DNA of 64,000 nt. Origin: Candidatus Omnitrophota bacterium. GTDB lineage: Bacteria; Omnitrophota; Gorgyraeia; Zapsychrales; Zapsychraceae. The stretch lies in assembly GCA_016212005.1 (NCBI GenBank), contig JACRHP010000009.1, forward strand, positions 6,560 through 70,559. The letters are read 5' to 3'. The first letter of the stretch is position 1; each line of letters opens with the position of its first letter. The position numbers and the translations under genes are program-made. The notes under the pieces are model-generated. The model searched no databases, was not told where the DNA came from, and saw only the letters and a program-made list of their open reading frames with translations. Below, piece after piece: positions 37,957-48,125 of this stretch.

Positions 37957-39000
37957 GTGGCCGGTGATATGACACGGTTGACCCAGCTTATCTCCAGATT
38001 CCATCAGAAAAGAGTGATGGTCATCGGGGATATCATCCTCGATCAATATATTTTGGGAAGCGCCTCCAGGCTTTCCCCGGAAGCCCCGGTGCCGGTCGTG
38101 GTCCAGGAAAAAACCTTCTATACGCCCGGGGGAGCCGCTAATGTCGCCCAAAATTTATGGGGTCTGAACGCTCAAACCGTCCTGGTCGGGCGTATCGGAG
38201 ATGACCAGGAAGGCCACATCCTGCGCCGTGAGCTCCACGAAAAAGGGATCGATACCAAAGGGATTTTCGTGGGCCGCGGCCTGCCGACAATTTGTAAAAC
38301 AAGAATTATCGCCCATCACCAGCAAGTGGTGCGTATCGACCGGGAGAAGGTCAATGGAGATGAGAACCGGGACCTTTTGGAAAAAATGAAAAATTTTATC
38401 CGCCGCGCGATGGATGACTGCGATGGGGTCATTATCTCGGATTACGGGAAAGGGCTGATCACCCCGTTTATGGTTAACTTTGTGCGTGACCTGGCGCTGG
38501 ATAAAAAGAAGGTCATTACCGTCGACCCCAAGGTCGAGCATTTCAGCTATTACCGCGACGTGACCGCGATCACCCCGAACTTAAAAGAGACTGAAAACGC
38601 CATCCATAATATTAAAATCACCGCAGAGCTGCCGGAACAGCTGGGGATCCGCATCGGGCATTTACGTACCAGCGAGGACATCGATTTGGCCGGCAAGGAG
38701 CTGGTGAGGTATCTGGGGCTGGAATCTCTTTTGATTACCCTCGGGGAGCATGGCATGCGGCTCTTTGAGAAGAACAAGAATCCCGTAAGCATTAAAACAG
38801 AGGCCAGGGAAGTTTTTGATGTTTCCGGCGCCGGCGATACGGTCATCGCCACATTCACGCTAAGTTTAACGGCAAAAGCGAGCAAGAAAGAAGCCGCTGA
38901 TCTGGCGAACCTGGCCGCCGGCATTGTCATCGCCAAGCTTGGTGCCGTGGCCGTGACCAAACAGGAACTCCTGGAAGCCGTGCGGAGCGGGAGCCATTGA
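37957..39000 (+). CDS. hldE: D-glycero-beta-D-manno-heptose-7-phosphate kinase (HldE/RfaE domain I only, pfkB family)
   Basis: VIGDIILDQY..SRLSPEAPVPVV...PGGAANVA matches RfaE domain I. There is no fused adenylyltransferase domain. Confidence 0.8.
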   Translation: MAGDMTRLTQLISRFHQKRVMVIGDIILDQYILGSASRLSPEAPVPVVVQEKTFYTPGGAANVAQNLWGLNAQTVLVGRIGDDQEGHILRRELHEKGIDTKGIFVGRGLPTICKTRIIAHHQQVVRIDREKVNGDENRDLLEKMKNFIRRAMDDCDGVIISDYGKGLITPFMVNFVRDLALDKKKVITVDPKVEHFSYYRDVTAITPNLKETENAIHNIKITAELPEQLGIRIGHLRTSEDIDLAGKELVRYLGLESLLITLGEHGMRLFEKNKNPVSIKTEAREVFDVSGAGDTVIATFTLSLTAKASKKEAADLANLAAGIVIAKLGAVAVTKQELLEAVRSGSH

Positions 39001-39731
39001 CCATGCGGGTGATCGGGATTATTCCGGCGCGGTGGGCTTCAACAAGGTTTCCGGGCAAGGTGCTGGCGAAGATCAAAGGCAAGCCGATGATCGAGCACGT
39101 CTGGACCCGCTGCCGCTTGAGCCGTCGTTTGAATGAGGTATTGATCGCCTGCGATGACCGGCGGATTTTGCAGGCGGCCGAAGCGTTCGGCGCTCAAGCC
39201 GTCATGACCGATACCGGCCACAATTCCGGGACCGACCGCATCGCCGAGGCCGCGGCCAAGCTGAAGGCCGATATTATTATTAACATCCAGGGGGATGAGC
39301 CCTTGGTACACCCCGGCACGATCGATGACCTGGCCGCGGCATTGATCAACGATCCTTCTGTTGTGATGGCAACGGTCATCAAGGCAATCACGTTACCGGA
39401 GGAATTGGTCAACCCCAACGTCGTCAAGGTGGTCGTCGATCAGCAACAAAACGCCTTGTATTTTTCACGTTCGGTTATTCCCTTCGACCGCGATCAAAAA
39501 GGTTTTAGAAATGTCCCGTATTTTAAACATTTGGGGATTTACGGTTACCGCAAGGATTTTTTGACGCGTTTTAGCCGGATGCCCAAATCACGGCTCGAAG
39601 AGGCCGAGCGGCTGGAACAACTGCGGGCCCTGGAGGCCGGCGTCAAGATCAGGACGGTTTTAACGGACGTGGAAACGGCCGGTGTGGACACGCCGGAAGA
39701 TTTGGCTCGCGTGGAAAAACTTTTACGGTAA
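38997..39731 (+). CDS. kdsB: 3-deoxy-manno-octulosonate cytidylyltransferase
   Basis: IIPARWASTRFPGKVLAKIKGKPMIEHVW. Confidence 0.88.
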   Translation: MTMRVIGIIPARWASTRFPGKVLAKIKGKPMIEHVWTRCRLSRRLNEVLIACDDRRILQAAEAFGAQAVMTDTGHNSGTDRIAEAAAKLKADIIINIQGDEPLVHPGTIDDLAAALINDPSVVMATVIKAITLPEELVNPNVVKVVVDQQQNALYFSRSVIPFDRDQKGFRNVPYFKHLGIYGYRKDFLTRFSRMPKSRLEEAERLEQLRALEAGVKIRTVLTDVETAGVDTPEDLARVEKLLR

Positions 39732-39744
39732 CTGAATAAGTTGG

Positions 39745-39811
39745 TTCCGACGTTTTGCCTTTGGCAAAAGTCGGAATCCCGACCTCTGCGCAGCAGAGCG
39801 TCGGGATAGAG
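39745..39811. repeat. REP-like two-hairpin element (second copy, with hairpin order swapped relative to 279-349)
   Basis: ttccgacgttttgcctttggcaaaagtcggaa followed by cccgacctctgcgcagcagagcgtcggg then atagag. Compensatory stem changes versus the first copy. Confidence 0.6.
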
Positions 39812-39813
39812 CC

Positions 39814-39873
39814 CGCCTCGTCAAAATCGCAGATTTTGACGAGGCGAGGTCTCGCACCGCGTAAGGCGGTGCG
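39814..39873. other. Two further perfect hairpins (cgcctcgtcaaaat/attttgacgaggcg; cgcaccgc-gtaa-gcggtgcg) between kdsB and kdsA
   Basis: Seen directly. Possible terminators or a structured intergenic RNA. Confidence 0.4.
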
Positions 39874-39889
39874 GACAGCGCATTCGTAA

Positions 39890-40720
39890 ATGAAAAACAA
39901 AATAGTCCAGATTGGTCCGGTAACGGTCGGGGGAGGCAGGCCTTTTGTCCTCATTGCCGGGCCTTGCGTCATTGAAAGCAAGGCCTTGTCCTTGAGCGTT
40001 GCCAGGGCGCTGCGCAAGATCACCGGCGAGCTTAAAATACCGTTCATTTTCAAGGCCAGTTACGACAAGGCCAACCGGACGTCCGTTCAGTCATTCCGCG
40101 GGCTAGGTTGTTCAGCCGGGTTGAGTATCTTGGCGGAGATCAAAGCGCAACTAGGCGTCCCTGTCCTAAGCGACGTCCACAGCGTGGAAGAAATTGAAGA
40201 GGCCGCGCAAGTCCTGGACGTGATCCAGGTCCCGGCGTTCCTCTGCCGGCAGACGGATCTTCTTCTGAAAGCGGGCAAAACAGGCAAAGCGGTCAACGTC
40301 AAGAAGGGACAGTTCCTGGCCCCGTGGGACATGCGCCAGGTCGTCAAAAAAATTGAAAGCACCGGCAACCGGCGGATTTTGTTAACGGAACGCGGGACCA
40401 GCTTTGGGTACAACACCCTGGTCAGTGATTTTCGCTCGCTTAGCATCATGCGTGAAACCGGTTATCCCGTCGTATTTGATGCCACGCACAGCGTGCAACA
40501 ACCCGGAGGATTGGCGACCGCGTCGGGCGGTCAAAGTGAATACATCCCGCTTTTATCCCGCGCCGCCGTGGCTGCCGGCTGCGACGCCATTTTCCTGGAA
40601 GTCCACCCGGATCCCGTCAAGGCACTTTCCGACGGGCCGAACATGCTGGCGTTAAGCAGAGTCAAGGCTTTATTACAAGACCTGCAGGCCATTGACCGGA
40701 TCATCAAACGCAAGAGATAA
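39890..40720 (+). CDS. kdsA: 2-dehydro-3-deoxyphosphooctonate aldolase
   Basis: [13 protein letters not shown]...[12 protein letters not shown]. Confidence 0.9.
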   Translation: MKNKIVQIGPVTVGGGRPFVLIAGPCVIESKALSLSVARALRKITGELKIPFIFKASYDKANRTSVQSFRGLGCSAGLSILAEIKAQLGVPVLSDVHSVEEIEEAAQVLDVIQVPAFLCRQTDLLLKAGKTGKAVNVKKGQFLAPWDMRQVVKKIESTGNRRILLTERGTSFGYNTLVSDFRSLSIMRETGYPVVFDATHSVQQPGGLATASGGQSEYIPLLSRAAVAAGCDAIFLEVHPDPVKALSDGPNMLALSRVKALLQDLQAIDRIIKRKR

Positions 40721-40726
40721 ACGACG

Positions 40727-41686
40727 ATGTCGATCCAAAAGGCAAAAGAAGTCATTGAGACAGAGGCCAGGGCCGTCCGGAACCTTTCCGGCCGGATCAA
40801 CCGTGATTTTTTAAAGGCCGTTGACCTGATCGCCAAATGCAAGGGCCGTGTGATCGTCGCCGGCATGGGGAAAACGGGAATCATCGGCCGCAAGATCGCC
40901 GCGACACTTTCCTCGACGGGGACACCGAGTTTGTGGATGCACAGCGCTGAAGCGATCCACGGCGACCTGGGGCAGGTCACCCGCCAGGACGTGGTCATCA
41001 TCATCTCCAATAGCGGTGAGACAGAAGAAACCAAGGGACTTTTGCCGCTTGTCAAAAAAATCGGTTCAAAGACGATCGCCATGACGGGTAATCTGCATTC
41101 CACGCTGGCCAAACACGCGGACGTCGTCCTCGATGTCTCCGTGGAAAAAGAAGGCTGTCCGCTGGGACTCGCCCCGATGGCGTCCACAACGGCGACGCTG
41201 GTCATGGGGGATGCCCTGGCCGCGTGTCTTATCGTCCGCAAAGAATTTAAAAAAGAGGATTTCGCCTTTTATCATCCTGGCGGGGCGCTCGGGCGGCGGC
41301 TTCTATTAAAAGTGGAGGATATCATGCGCAAAGGCGTGCATCTTCCCAAAGTCCAGGAACGGATGAAGGTCAAGGACGTGCTCCTGGCTATCACTCATGC
41401 CCGGTGCGGTTCCGCCTGCGTTGTGAACAAACACGGGAAATTCGTCGGCATATTTACCGACGGTGATCTGCGCCGCCAGATCGAACTCCACAGCGATGTC
41501 CTTGAGCGGCGCGTTTCTGAAGTCATGACGCGTAAACCGATCACAATTTTGAAAGACAAGCTGGCCGCGGAAGCATTCAATATCCTCAAGGAACGGAAAA
41601 TCGACGAATTGCCCGTTCTGGACGGCCGGCGCCGGCTCGTCGGGCTTCTGGATGTGCAGGATCTATTGAAAGCCGGGTTACTATGA
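40727..41686 (+). CDS. kdsD: Arabinose-5-phosphate isomerase (SIS + tandem CBS)
   Basis: SIS domain GRVIVAGMGKTG followed by CBS pairs. Confidence 0.88.
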   Translation: MSIQKAKEVIETEARAVRNLSGRINRDFLKAVDLIAKCKGRVIVAGMGKTGIIGRKIAATLSSTGTPSLWMHSAEAIHGDLGQVTRQDVVIIISNSGETEETKGLLPLVKKIGSKTIAMTGNLHSTLAKHADVVLDVSVEKEGCPLGLAPMASTTATLVMGDALAACLIVRKEFKKEDFAFYHPGGALGRRLLLKVEDIMRKGVHLPKVQERMKVKDVLLAITHARCGSACVVNKHGKFVGIFTDGDLRRQIELHSDVLERRVSEVMTRKPITILKDKLAAEAFNILKERKIDELPVLDGRRRLVGLLDVQDLLKAGLL

Positions 41687-42219
41687 AAAGCTCTCTGCGC
41701 GGTAAAATCAAAAAGATCAAACTGCTGGTCATGGACGTCGACGGCGTCCTGACGGACGGCAGGATCGTGATTGACGCCGAAGGAAAAGAACTGAAATTTT
41801 TCGACGTGCAGGACGGCTTCGGACTTGTGCTTTTGCGCCAGGCCGGGATCAGGACCGCGGTCCTGTCGGCCCGCTCCGCTCCGGCGGTCATGGCGCGCGT
41901 GACGGATCTGAAGATCGACAAAATTTGCCAGGACGCGTATCCTAAATCAAGCGCTTATGAAGGGTTGCTCAACGAATGGGGGCTTAAAGACGAAGAGGTT
42001 TGTTTTATGGGTGACGACCTGCCGGACCTGCCCGTTTTAAACGAAGTGGGTCTTGCCGTTGCTGTTTCCAACGCTGTCGCAGAGGTCAAGAAAACGGCGG
42101 ATTACGTCACTGAAAAACGCGGCGGTCATGGGGCGGTACGCGAAGTCGTTGAAATGATCTTGAAGGTCCAGGGAAAATGGCCTCAAATCGTCGCCGACAT
42201 GGCGGATTCAAAGGTATGA
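41683..42219 (+). CDS. kdsC: Kdo-8-phosphate phosphatase (HAD family)
   Basis: LLVMDVDGVLTDG HAD motif I. Confidence 0.85.
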   Translation: MKSSLRGKIKKIKLLVMDVDGVLTDGRIVIDAEGKELKFFDVQDGFGLVLLRQAGIRTAVLSARSAPAVMARVTDLKIDKICQDAYPKSSAYEGLLNEWGLKDEEVCFMGDDLPDLPVLNEVGLAVAVSNAVAEVKKTADYVTEKRGGHGAVREVVEMILKVQGKWPQIVADMADSKV

Positions 42220-43043
42220 AAAAAATACTGGTTTTTTTAATCGGGTTGGGACCCTGGATATCCGCGGGGCCTGTTCTGGCGCAGGACGCCGCCGGCCAGC
42301 AGTTCCAGGGGTTTAATCTCCAGGGGTATTCGGAAAGCGGAGAAAAGGCCTGGGCCGTCAACGGCAGCAAGGCGGATATCCTGGGCGACAAGATCAAGAT
42401 CTCCGACGTCGCCGCTGAATCCTACGGGGAGGAAAAAATGAATTTGACGGCCGAGAGCGGGACGATCAACCAGGCGGACGGGAACATCCATCTTGAAAAA
42501 GATGTCATTATAACCAGCCAGCGCGGCACGCAGATGACAACGGATTCCCTGGACTGGAACCGTACCGCGGACCTGGTCAAAACGAAAGACCCCGTTGTCA
42601 TCACCGACAAGGATATGACGCTCACCGGCAAAGGCATGGAGGCAAAGCCGGGTTTGAAAACAGCGCAGATCGAGAAAAACGTGACCGCGACCATGGACAC
42701 AGACCCGGAGCCGGAAGTAAAAAAGACAATCACGATCACCTCCGACGGGCCGATGACGATGGATCAAAGCAAGTCTTACGCCGTTTTTGAGGATAATGTC
42801 GTGGCGGTCCAGGAGGACCAGACACTCAAGGCCGACCGGATGGAAATTTATTTTAACCAAGAACAAAAACAGATCAAGGAACTGGTCTGCAGCGGCCACG
42901 TCGTGATCATCCGGGGGGCCAACCAGTCGTTCGCCGACAAGGCGGTTTACACCGGCGCTGACCAAAAACTCACGCTTTCCGGCCGGCCGAAACTGATCCT
43001 GGTCACCGAGGGGAACAATGCCTTTACATCTATTGGAAACTAA
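42216..43043 (+). CDS. lptA: LptA/LptC (OstA-like) periplasmic LPS transport protein
   Basis: Signal peptide followed by an OstA-like beta-jellyroll. ATG at 42216 overlaps the kdsC stop. Located upstream of lptB. Confidence 0.7.
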   Translation: MKKILVFLIGLGPWISAGPVLAQDAAGQQFQGFNLQGYSESGEKAWAVNGSKADILGDKIKISDVAAESYGEEKMNLTAESGTINQADGNIHLEKDVIITSQRGTQMTTDSLDWNRTADLVKTKDPVVITDKDMTLTGKGMEAKPGLKTAQIEKNVTATMDTDPEPEVKKTITITSDGPMTMDQSKSYAVFEDNVVAVQEDQTLKADRMEIYFNQEQKQIKELVCSGHVVIIRGANQSFADKAVYTGADQKLTLSGRPKLILVTEGNNAFTSIGN

Positions 43044-43746
43044 AAACCTGGTCAAAAAATACGGCCAGCGGCGGGTCGTCGATGGGCTTAGTATTTCCGT
43101 GGGGCGCTCCGAGATCGTCGGGCTCCTGGGGCCCAACGGCGCGGGCAAAACAACGACGTTCTATATGGCCGTCGGGATCGTTAAACCCAATGAAGGCGAG
43201 ATTTATTTTGACAATGACAATATTACCAATAAACCCATCCATGAACGTTGCCGGCTGGGGATGGGTTATCTCGCCCAGGAGGCGTCGGTCTTCCGCAAAT
43301 TGAGCGTTGAGCAGAATATCATGGCCATCCTGGAAACGTTGCCGATCAGTCCACGGGAGCGCAAAAAGCGATTGGAGTCGCTGCTGGAAGAATTGAATAT
43401 ATCCCATCTGGCCAGGAACAAGGCGTACACGCTCTCCGGCGGGGAACGCCGCCGGCTGGAGATCACCCGTGCCCTGGTGACCAACCCGTCATTCCTTCTG
43501 CTGGATGAGCCGTTTTCCGGCATCGACCCGATCGTCGTAGCCGAAGCGCAGGAGATCATCAAGGACCTCAAAGGGCGGGGGTTGGGGATCCTTTTGACCG
43601 ACCATAACGTCCGCGAAACCCTGGCGATCACCGACAGGGCGTATTTAATTGCCGACGGAAAAATTTTGATTTCCGGCACGGCCCAGGATCTGATCAACGA
43701 CCCTGAAGCCAAGAAAATTTACCTTGGCGAGAAGTTCAGGATGTAA
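43018..43746 (+). CDS. lptB: LPS export ABC transporter ATPase
   Basis: GPNGAGKTT Walker A, LSGGERRRLEI signature, and LLLDEPF Walker B. Confidence 0.88.
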   Translation: MPLHLLETKNLVKKYGQRRVVDGLSISVGRSEIVGLLGPNGAGKTTTFYMAVGIVKPNEGEIYFDNDNITNKPIHERCRLGMGYLAQEASVFRKLSVEQNIMAILETLPISPRERKKRLESLLEELNISHLARNKAYTLSGGERRRLEITRALVTNPSFLLLDEPFSGIDPIVVAEAQEIIKDLKGRGLGILLTDHNVRETLAITDRAYLIADGKILISGTAQDLINDPEAKKIYLGEKFRM

Positions 43747-43789
43747 AAAACAAGCAGGCTGAAAATATAACAAGGAGGTTTGTGATTTT

Positions 43790-44683
43790 ATGAAAATTGC
43801 CGTTAAAAAACTCGACGCCATCCGGAGGGAATTAAAGTTTGAAGTCCCGCGGGACCGCGTCTTGAGAAAATTCGACAAGGTTTATGACGAGCTCGGGAAA
43901 GTGGCCAAGGTTAAAGGGTTCCGCCAGGGGAAAGTGCCCCGCCACATCCTGGAGTCCCAGCACGCGAGGCTGGCGCAGGAAGAGGTGTTAAAAGAATTGA
44001 TTCCGGAGGTCTACGACGAAGGGATCCAGAAGGAGAACATCCAGCCGGCCGATCTGCCGGAAATCCTCGACGTCAACTTTAAAGAAGGTGTCGTCACTTT
44101 TACCGCCAAGCTGGATATCAAGCCCGAGGTGAAGGTCAGCGAATACAAAAAGATCAAGATCGCGCGCAAAAGCTCCGCCGTGACCGAAGAGGAAATTAAT
44201 AAAACCCTTGAAGTTTTCAAAAAAAACCAGCCCGAGGGCAAAGAGATTACCATCGACGACGCCTTCGCCCACGGGTTAGGGTTCCCCAGCCTGGAGGAGT
44301 TCAGGAAAACGCTGGTCCGTCAGATGGAGCTGGACAAAGACCGCCATAACCGCATCGACATCGAAAACCAGGTGGTGGAACATTTGCTGAAAAAAGCGAA
44401 GCTGGCGACGCCGCCATCTTTGGTCAAGCGGCAGTTTGAGCGCCGGCTGGAGGAGATCCGGCGCCGGCTGGCCGCGCAGAAATTTCCTGCCGCGGATATC
44501 CAGAAAAAGGAAGAAGAGATCCGCAAGGAGTTGGAGGAGGCGGTGGAGCGGGACGTCAGGATTTATCTGGTCCTGGAAAAAATCGCCGAATTGGAAAATA
44601 TTTCCGTTGATAAAAATGATAACCTGGCGGCAAAAGTCATGGAATTTTTGCTTAAGGAAGCCGAATGGTCAAATGAAGCCTAG
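43790..44683 (+). CDS. tig: Trigger factor lacking the PPIase domain (N-terminal ribosome-binding domain + C-terminal domain only)
   Basis: GFRQGKVP signature. Only 297 aa, with no FKBP-like segment. Located upstream of clpP. Confidence 0.75.
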   Translation: MKIAVKKLDAIRRELKFEVPRDRVLRKFDKVYDELGKVAKVKGFRQGKVPRHILESQHARLAQEEVLKELIPEVYDEGIQKENIQPADLPEILDVNFKEGVVTFTAKLDIKPEVKVSEYKKIKIARKSSAVTEEEINKTLEVFKKNQPEGKEITIDDAFAHGLGFPSLEEFRKTLVRQMELDKDRHNRIDIENQVVEHLLKKAKLATPPSLVKRQFERRLEEIRRRLAAQKFPAADIQKKEEEIRKELEEAVERDVRIYLVLEKIAELENISVDKNDNLAAKVMEFLLKEAEWSNEA

Positions 44684-44720
44684 ACTTATGGAACGAAGTG
44701 AACAAAGGAGGCCAAATAAT

Positions 44721-45335
44721 ATGGACGCAAAATCACAAGTGCTGGTGCCAATCGTCGTGGAAAAAAGTTCAAACGGGGAACGCGCCTATGACATCTATTC
44801 GCGGCTGCTCAAGGACCGCATTATTTTCATCGGCACGGCCATCGATGACACGGTGGCCAACCTGATCATCGCCCAGCTGCTTTTTCTGCAAAGCGAAGAC
44901 GCCACCAAGGATATCAACATCTATATTAATTCCCCGGGTGGATCGGTCACCGCGGGGCTGGCCATTTACGACACCATGCAATTCGTCAAGCCCGACGTGT
45001 GCACTTACTGTATAGGACAAGCGGCGAGCATGGGATCGCTTCTTTTGACCGCCGGCACCAAAGGCAAACGTTTCGCCCTGCCCTATTCACGCATCATGAT
45101 CCACCAGCCGTGGGGCGGCACTCAAGGGACAGCCAGCGACATTTCGATCCAGGCTAAGGAAATCCTGCGGATGAAAGAGGAACTGAACAAATTGCTCGCG
45201 CACCACAGCGGCCAGCCCATCGACCGGATCCTGAAAGATTCCGACCGTGATTATTATATGAGTGCCGAAGAGGCCAAGGATTACGGTTTGGTCGACGAAG
45301 TCATTGTCAGCGCCAAAAAACACAAAAAGAATTAA
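44721..45335 (+). CDS. clpP: ATP-dependent Clp protease proteolytic subunit
   Basis: [21 protein letters not shown]...AASMGS. An AAGGAGG ribosome-binding site precedes the ATG at 44721; the track ORF is N-extended into tig. Confidence 0.88.
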   Translation: MDAKSQVLVPIVVEKSSNGERAYDIYSRLLKDRIIFIGTAIDDTVANLIIAQLLFLQSEDATKDINIYINSPGGSVTAGLAIYDTMQFVKPDVCTYCIGQAASMGSLLLTAGTKGKRFALPYSRIMIHQPWGGTQGTASDISIQAKEILRMKEELNKLLAHHSGQPIDRILKDSDRDYYMSAEEAKDYGLVDEVIVSAKKHKKN

Positions 45336-45367
45336 TCCCGAACGAATACGACAGAAAGGTTATTGCC

Positions 45368-46507
45368 ATGAAACGGAATCTGCTTCTTACCCCCGGGCCT
45401 ACCCAGATCCCGCCGGAGATCTGCGCCGCGCTGGGGAAACCGATCATCCACCACCGCACGCCGCAGTTCCAGGAAAATCTGAAAGAAGCCATCGAAGGCC
45501 TGAAATATGTTTTCCAGACAAAAAATGACATTTATATCCTGACCTCATCAGGCACCGGCGGGATGGAAGCCGCGGTCAGCAACCTCCTTTCGCCGGGCGA
45601 TAAGGCCATTACGGTCGAAGGCGGCAAGTTCGGCGAACGCTGGACGGAAATTTGCCAGAGCTACGGCGTTGTGACCAAAGTCATCCAGGTCCCCTGGGGC
45701 AAGGCCGTGCAGGCTTCAGAGATCAAAAAAACCTTGGACGCGGATAAAAATATCAAAGCCGTTTTTATCACGCTGGCGGAAACCTCCACCGGGATCACGA
45801 CGGATGTGGAGGCTGTTGCCAAAGTGGTCAACCATACCGGCGCTGTTCTGGTGGTGGACGCGGTCAGCGGCCTGGGCGTGGTCGATCTTAAAACCGACGC
45901 GTGGGGAGTGGACGTTGTCGTATCCGCTTCTCACAAGGGGTTGATGCTCCCGCCGGGACTGGCGTTTGTCTCCGCCAGTGAAAAAGCGTTAAAGCTCATT
46001 GAAACGTCAAAGAGCCCGCGGTACTATTTCGATCTGCGCAAGTCCCGGGAAGCGCTCGCCGACGTCGATACGCCGTTTACGCCGGCGATAGGGATCGTCA
46101 TCGCGCTCAATGAAAGCCTGCGGCGCGTCAAACAGGAAGGTCTGGAAAATTTGTTCGCGTATTACGCCAAACTGGCCCAAGGGACCCGCGAGGCGGCCAA
46201 GGCGTTGGGGTTGTCGCTTTTCCCCGATGAATCGTGCATTTCCAATGTCCTGACGGCGATCAGCCTTCCGGCGGCGATCGATGGAGGAAAAGTTATGAAA
46301 ATTATGCGCGATACGCACGGGATCTCCGTCGCCGGCGGTCAGGATACCTTGAAAGGAAAGATCATCCGCATCGCGCACATGGGATGCGTGGATGAATATG
46401 ACATCCTGACGGGCATTTCCTGTCTGGAAAAAGTCCTCCTGAAACTCGGGCACAAGTTTACCCTCGGCGCGGGGGTGGCCGCGGCGCAAAAAGTTTTCAA
46501 CTCATAA
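45368..46507 (+). CDS. Class V aminotransferase (phosphoserine / serine-pyruvate aminotransferase type)
   Basis: LLTPGPT... and SASHKGLMLPPGLAF (PLP lysine). Adjacent to serA. Confidence 0.7.
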   Translation: MKRNLLLTPGPTQIPPEICAALGKPIIHHRTPQFQENLKEAIEGLKYVFQTKNDIYILTSSGTGGMEAAVSNLLSPGDKAITVEGGKFGERWTEICQSYGVVTKVIQVPWGKAVQASEIKKTLDADKNIKAVFITLAETSTGITTDVEAVAKVVNHTGAVLVVDAVSGLGVVDLKTDAWGVDVVVSASHKGLMLPPGLAFVSASEKALKLIETSKSPRYYFDLRKSREALADVDTPFTPAIGIVIALNESLRRVKQEGLENLFAYYAKLAQGTREAAKALGLSLFPDESCISNVLTAISLPAAIDGGKVMKIMRDTHGISVAGGQDTLKGKIIRIAHMGCVDEYDILTGISCLEKVLLKLGHKFTLGAGVAAAQKVFNS

Positions 46508-46534
46508 GAGGATCAACATAGAGGAGTGGTAGTC

Positions 46535-48118
46535 ATGAAGATATTGATCAGCGATCAACTGGCCGACGAGGGATTGGCCATCTTAAAGGCCGTTAAGGAA
46601 TTCACGGTCGACTACAAATACGATTTGACGCCGGAACAGCTCAAGGCGATCATCAAGGACTACGACGCTTTGATCGTGCGCAGCAGCACCAAAGTGACGG
46701 CTGACATCATCGCGGCCGCCAACCGGCTGAAATTTATCGGGCGCGCCGGCGTGGGGCTCGATAACGTGGACCTCAAAGCGGCCACCCAGAAGGGCATTGT
46801 GGCCATGAACACCCCGGCGGGCAACACGACGTCCACCGCCGAACACACGATGAGCATGATCCTCGCCCTTTCGCGGAATATCCCGCAGGCCTGCGCTTCC
46901 GTTAAAGCCGGGAAATGGGAGCGTTCCAAGTTCGGCGGCGTTGAATTGCACGGCAAGACCCTCGGTGTCGTCGGGTTCGGCCGCATCGGCTCGACCGTTT
47001 CCAGATACGCCAAGGCCTTCGGTATGTCGGTCATCGTTTTTGACCCCTATATTTCCCTGGAAGTCGCCGCGAACCTGGGAGTAAAAATGGTCGATTTAAA
47101 AACGCTTTTAAAGGACGCCGATTATATTACCGTCCATATCCCCAAAAGCGCCGAGACAAAAAATCTTATCGGGGAAAATGAGTTTAAGCTGATGAAAAAG
47201 ACGGTCCGTCTCATTAATTGCGCCCGCGGCGGGATCGTCGATGAAGCGGCGCTCGCCAAAGCGCTGCAGGAAAAACGGATCGCCGGTTGCGCCCTGGACG
47301 TCTTTGACCAGGAACCGCTCCAGGCGGATTCGCCGCTTTTGAAACTCGACAACTGCATTATGACGCCGCATCTGGGGGCTTCCACGTCGGAGGCCCAGAT
47401 CAACGTGGCCATTGAGATCGCCGAGAGCATCCGCAACGCCCTTTTAGGCAAAGGCATTATCAACGCGGCCAATTTCCCGACAGTGGACGCGGAAGCCTAC
47501 AAAAGTCTGGAGCCGTACATCAACCTCGGCTACCGGATGGGCAAATTTGCCGGACAGCTTATTAACGGGCGCATCAGCGCCGTCAAGATCACTTACGGCG
47601 GCGTTATCGGCAAATATAAGGTGGCCCCGGTCACGTTATCGCTGGTGAACGGTTTACTGACGCCGATCCTGGGTGAGACGGTCAACTTTATCAACGCCCT
47701 GGATGTTGCCAAAGAGCGGGCCATCGATGTCCAGGAAGTCATCTCGAGCAAGGAAGAAGAGTTTGTCAACGCCATCCGTGTTGAGGCCAAGACCGATAAG
47801 GACCCGTTTGTTATCCTGGGGACGCTTTCAGCCAACCAGCAGCCCCGGATCGTCAAGATCAATAACGTTTATATGGAGGCTATCCCGGACGGATATATCC
47901 TGTTTATCCAGAACAACGATAAACCCGGACTGGTCGGGGCGATCGGGACACTTTTGGCGGAAGCCAAAATCAATATCGCCGGCATTACCCTGGGACGGGA
48001 GGCGCCGGGAGGGTTGGCCATCAGCGCCGTCAACGTCGATAGCGATGTCCCCGAGAAAACGATCGAACGTTTGCGCGGTACCAAGGACGTCCTGTACGTA
48101 AAATTGCTCAAGGTGTAG
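46535..48118 (+). CDS. serA: D-3-phosphoglycerate dehydrogenase with C-terminal ACT domain
   Basis: GVVGFGRIGSTV NAD-binding motif; ACT domain at the C-terminus. Confidence 0.88.
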   Translation: MKILISDQLADEGLAILKAVKEFTVDYKYDLTPEQLKAIIKDYDALIVRSSTKVTADIIAAANRLKFIGRAGVGLDNVDLKAATQKGIVAMNTPAGNTTSTAEHTMSMILALSRNIPQACASVKAGKWERSKFGGVELHGKTLGVVGFGRIGSTVSRYAKAFGMSVIVFDPYISLEVAANLGVKMVDLKTLLKDADYITVHIPKSAETKNLIGENEFKLMKKTVRLINCARGGIVDEAALAKALQEKRIAGCALDVFDQEPLQADSPLLKLDNCIMTPHLGASTSEAQINVAIEIAESIRNALLGKGIINAANFPTVDAEAYKSLEPYINLGYRMGKFAGQLINGRISAVKITYGGVIGKYKVAPVTLSLVNGLLTPILGETVNFINALDVAKERAIDVQEVISSKEEEFVNAIRVEAKTDKDPFVILGTLSANQQPRIVKINNVYMEAIPDGYILFIQNNDKPGLVGAIGTLLAEAKINIAGITLGREAPGGLAISAVNVDSDVPEKTIERLRGTKDVLYVKLLKV

Positions 48119-48125
48119 AAGCCGC

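Noticed and set aside
42237-43148. 303-aa minus-strand ORF
   Set aside because: It is antisense to the lptA-like and lptB genes.
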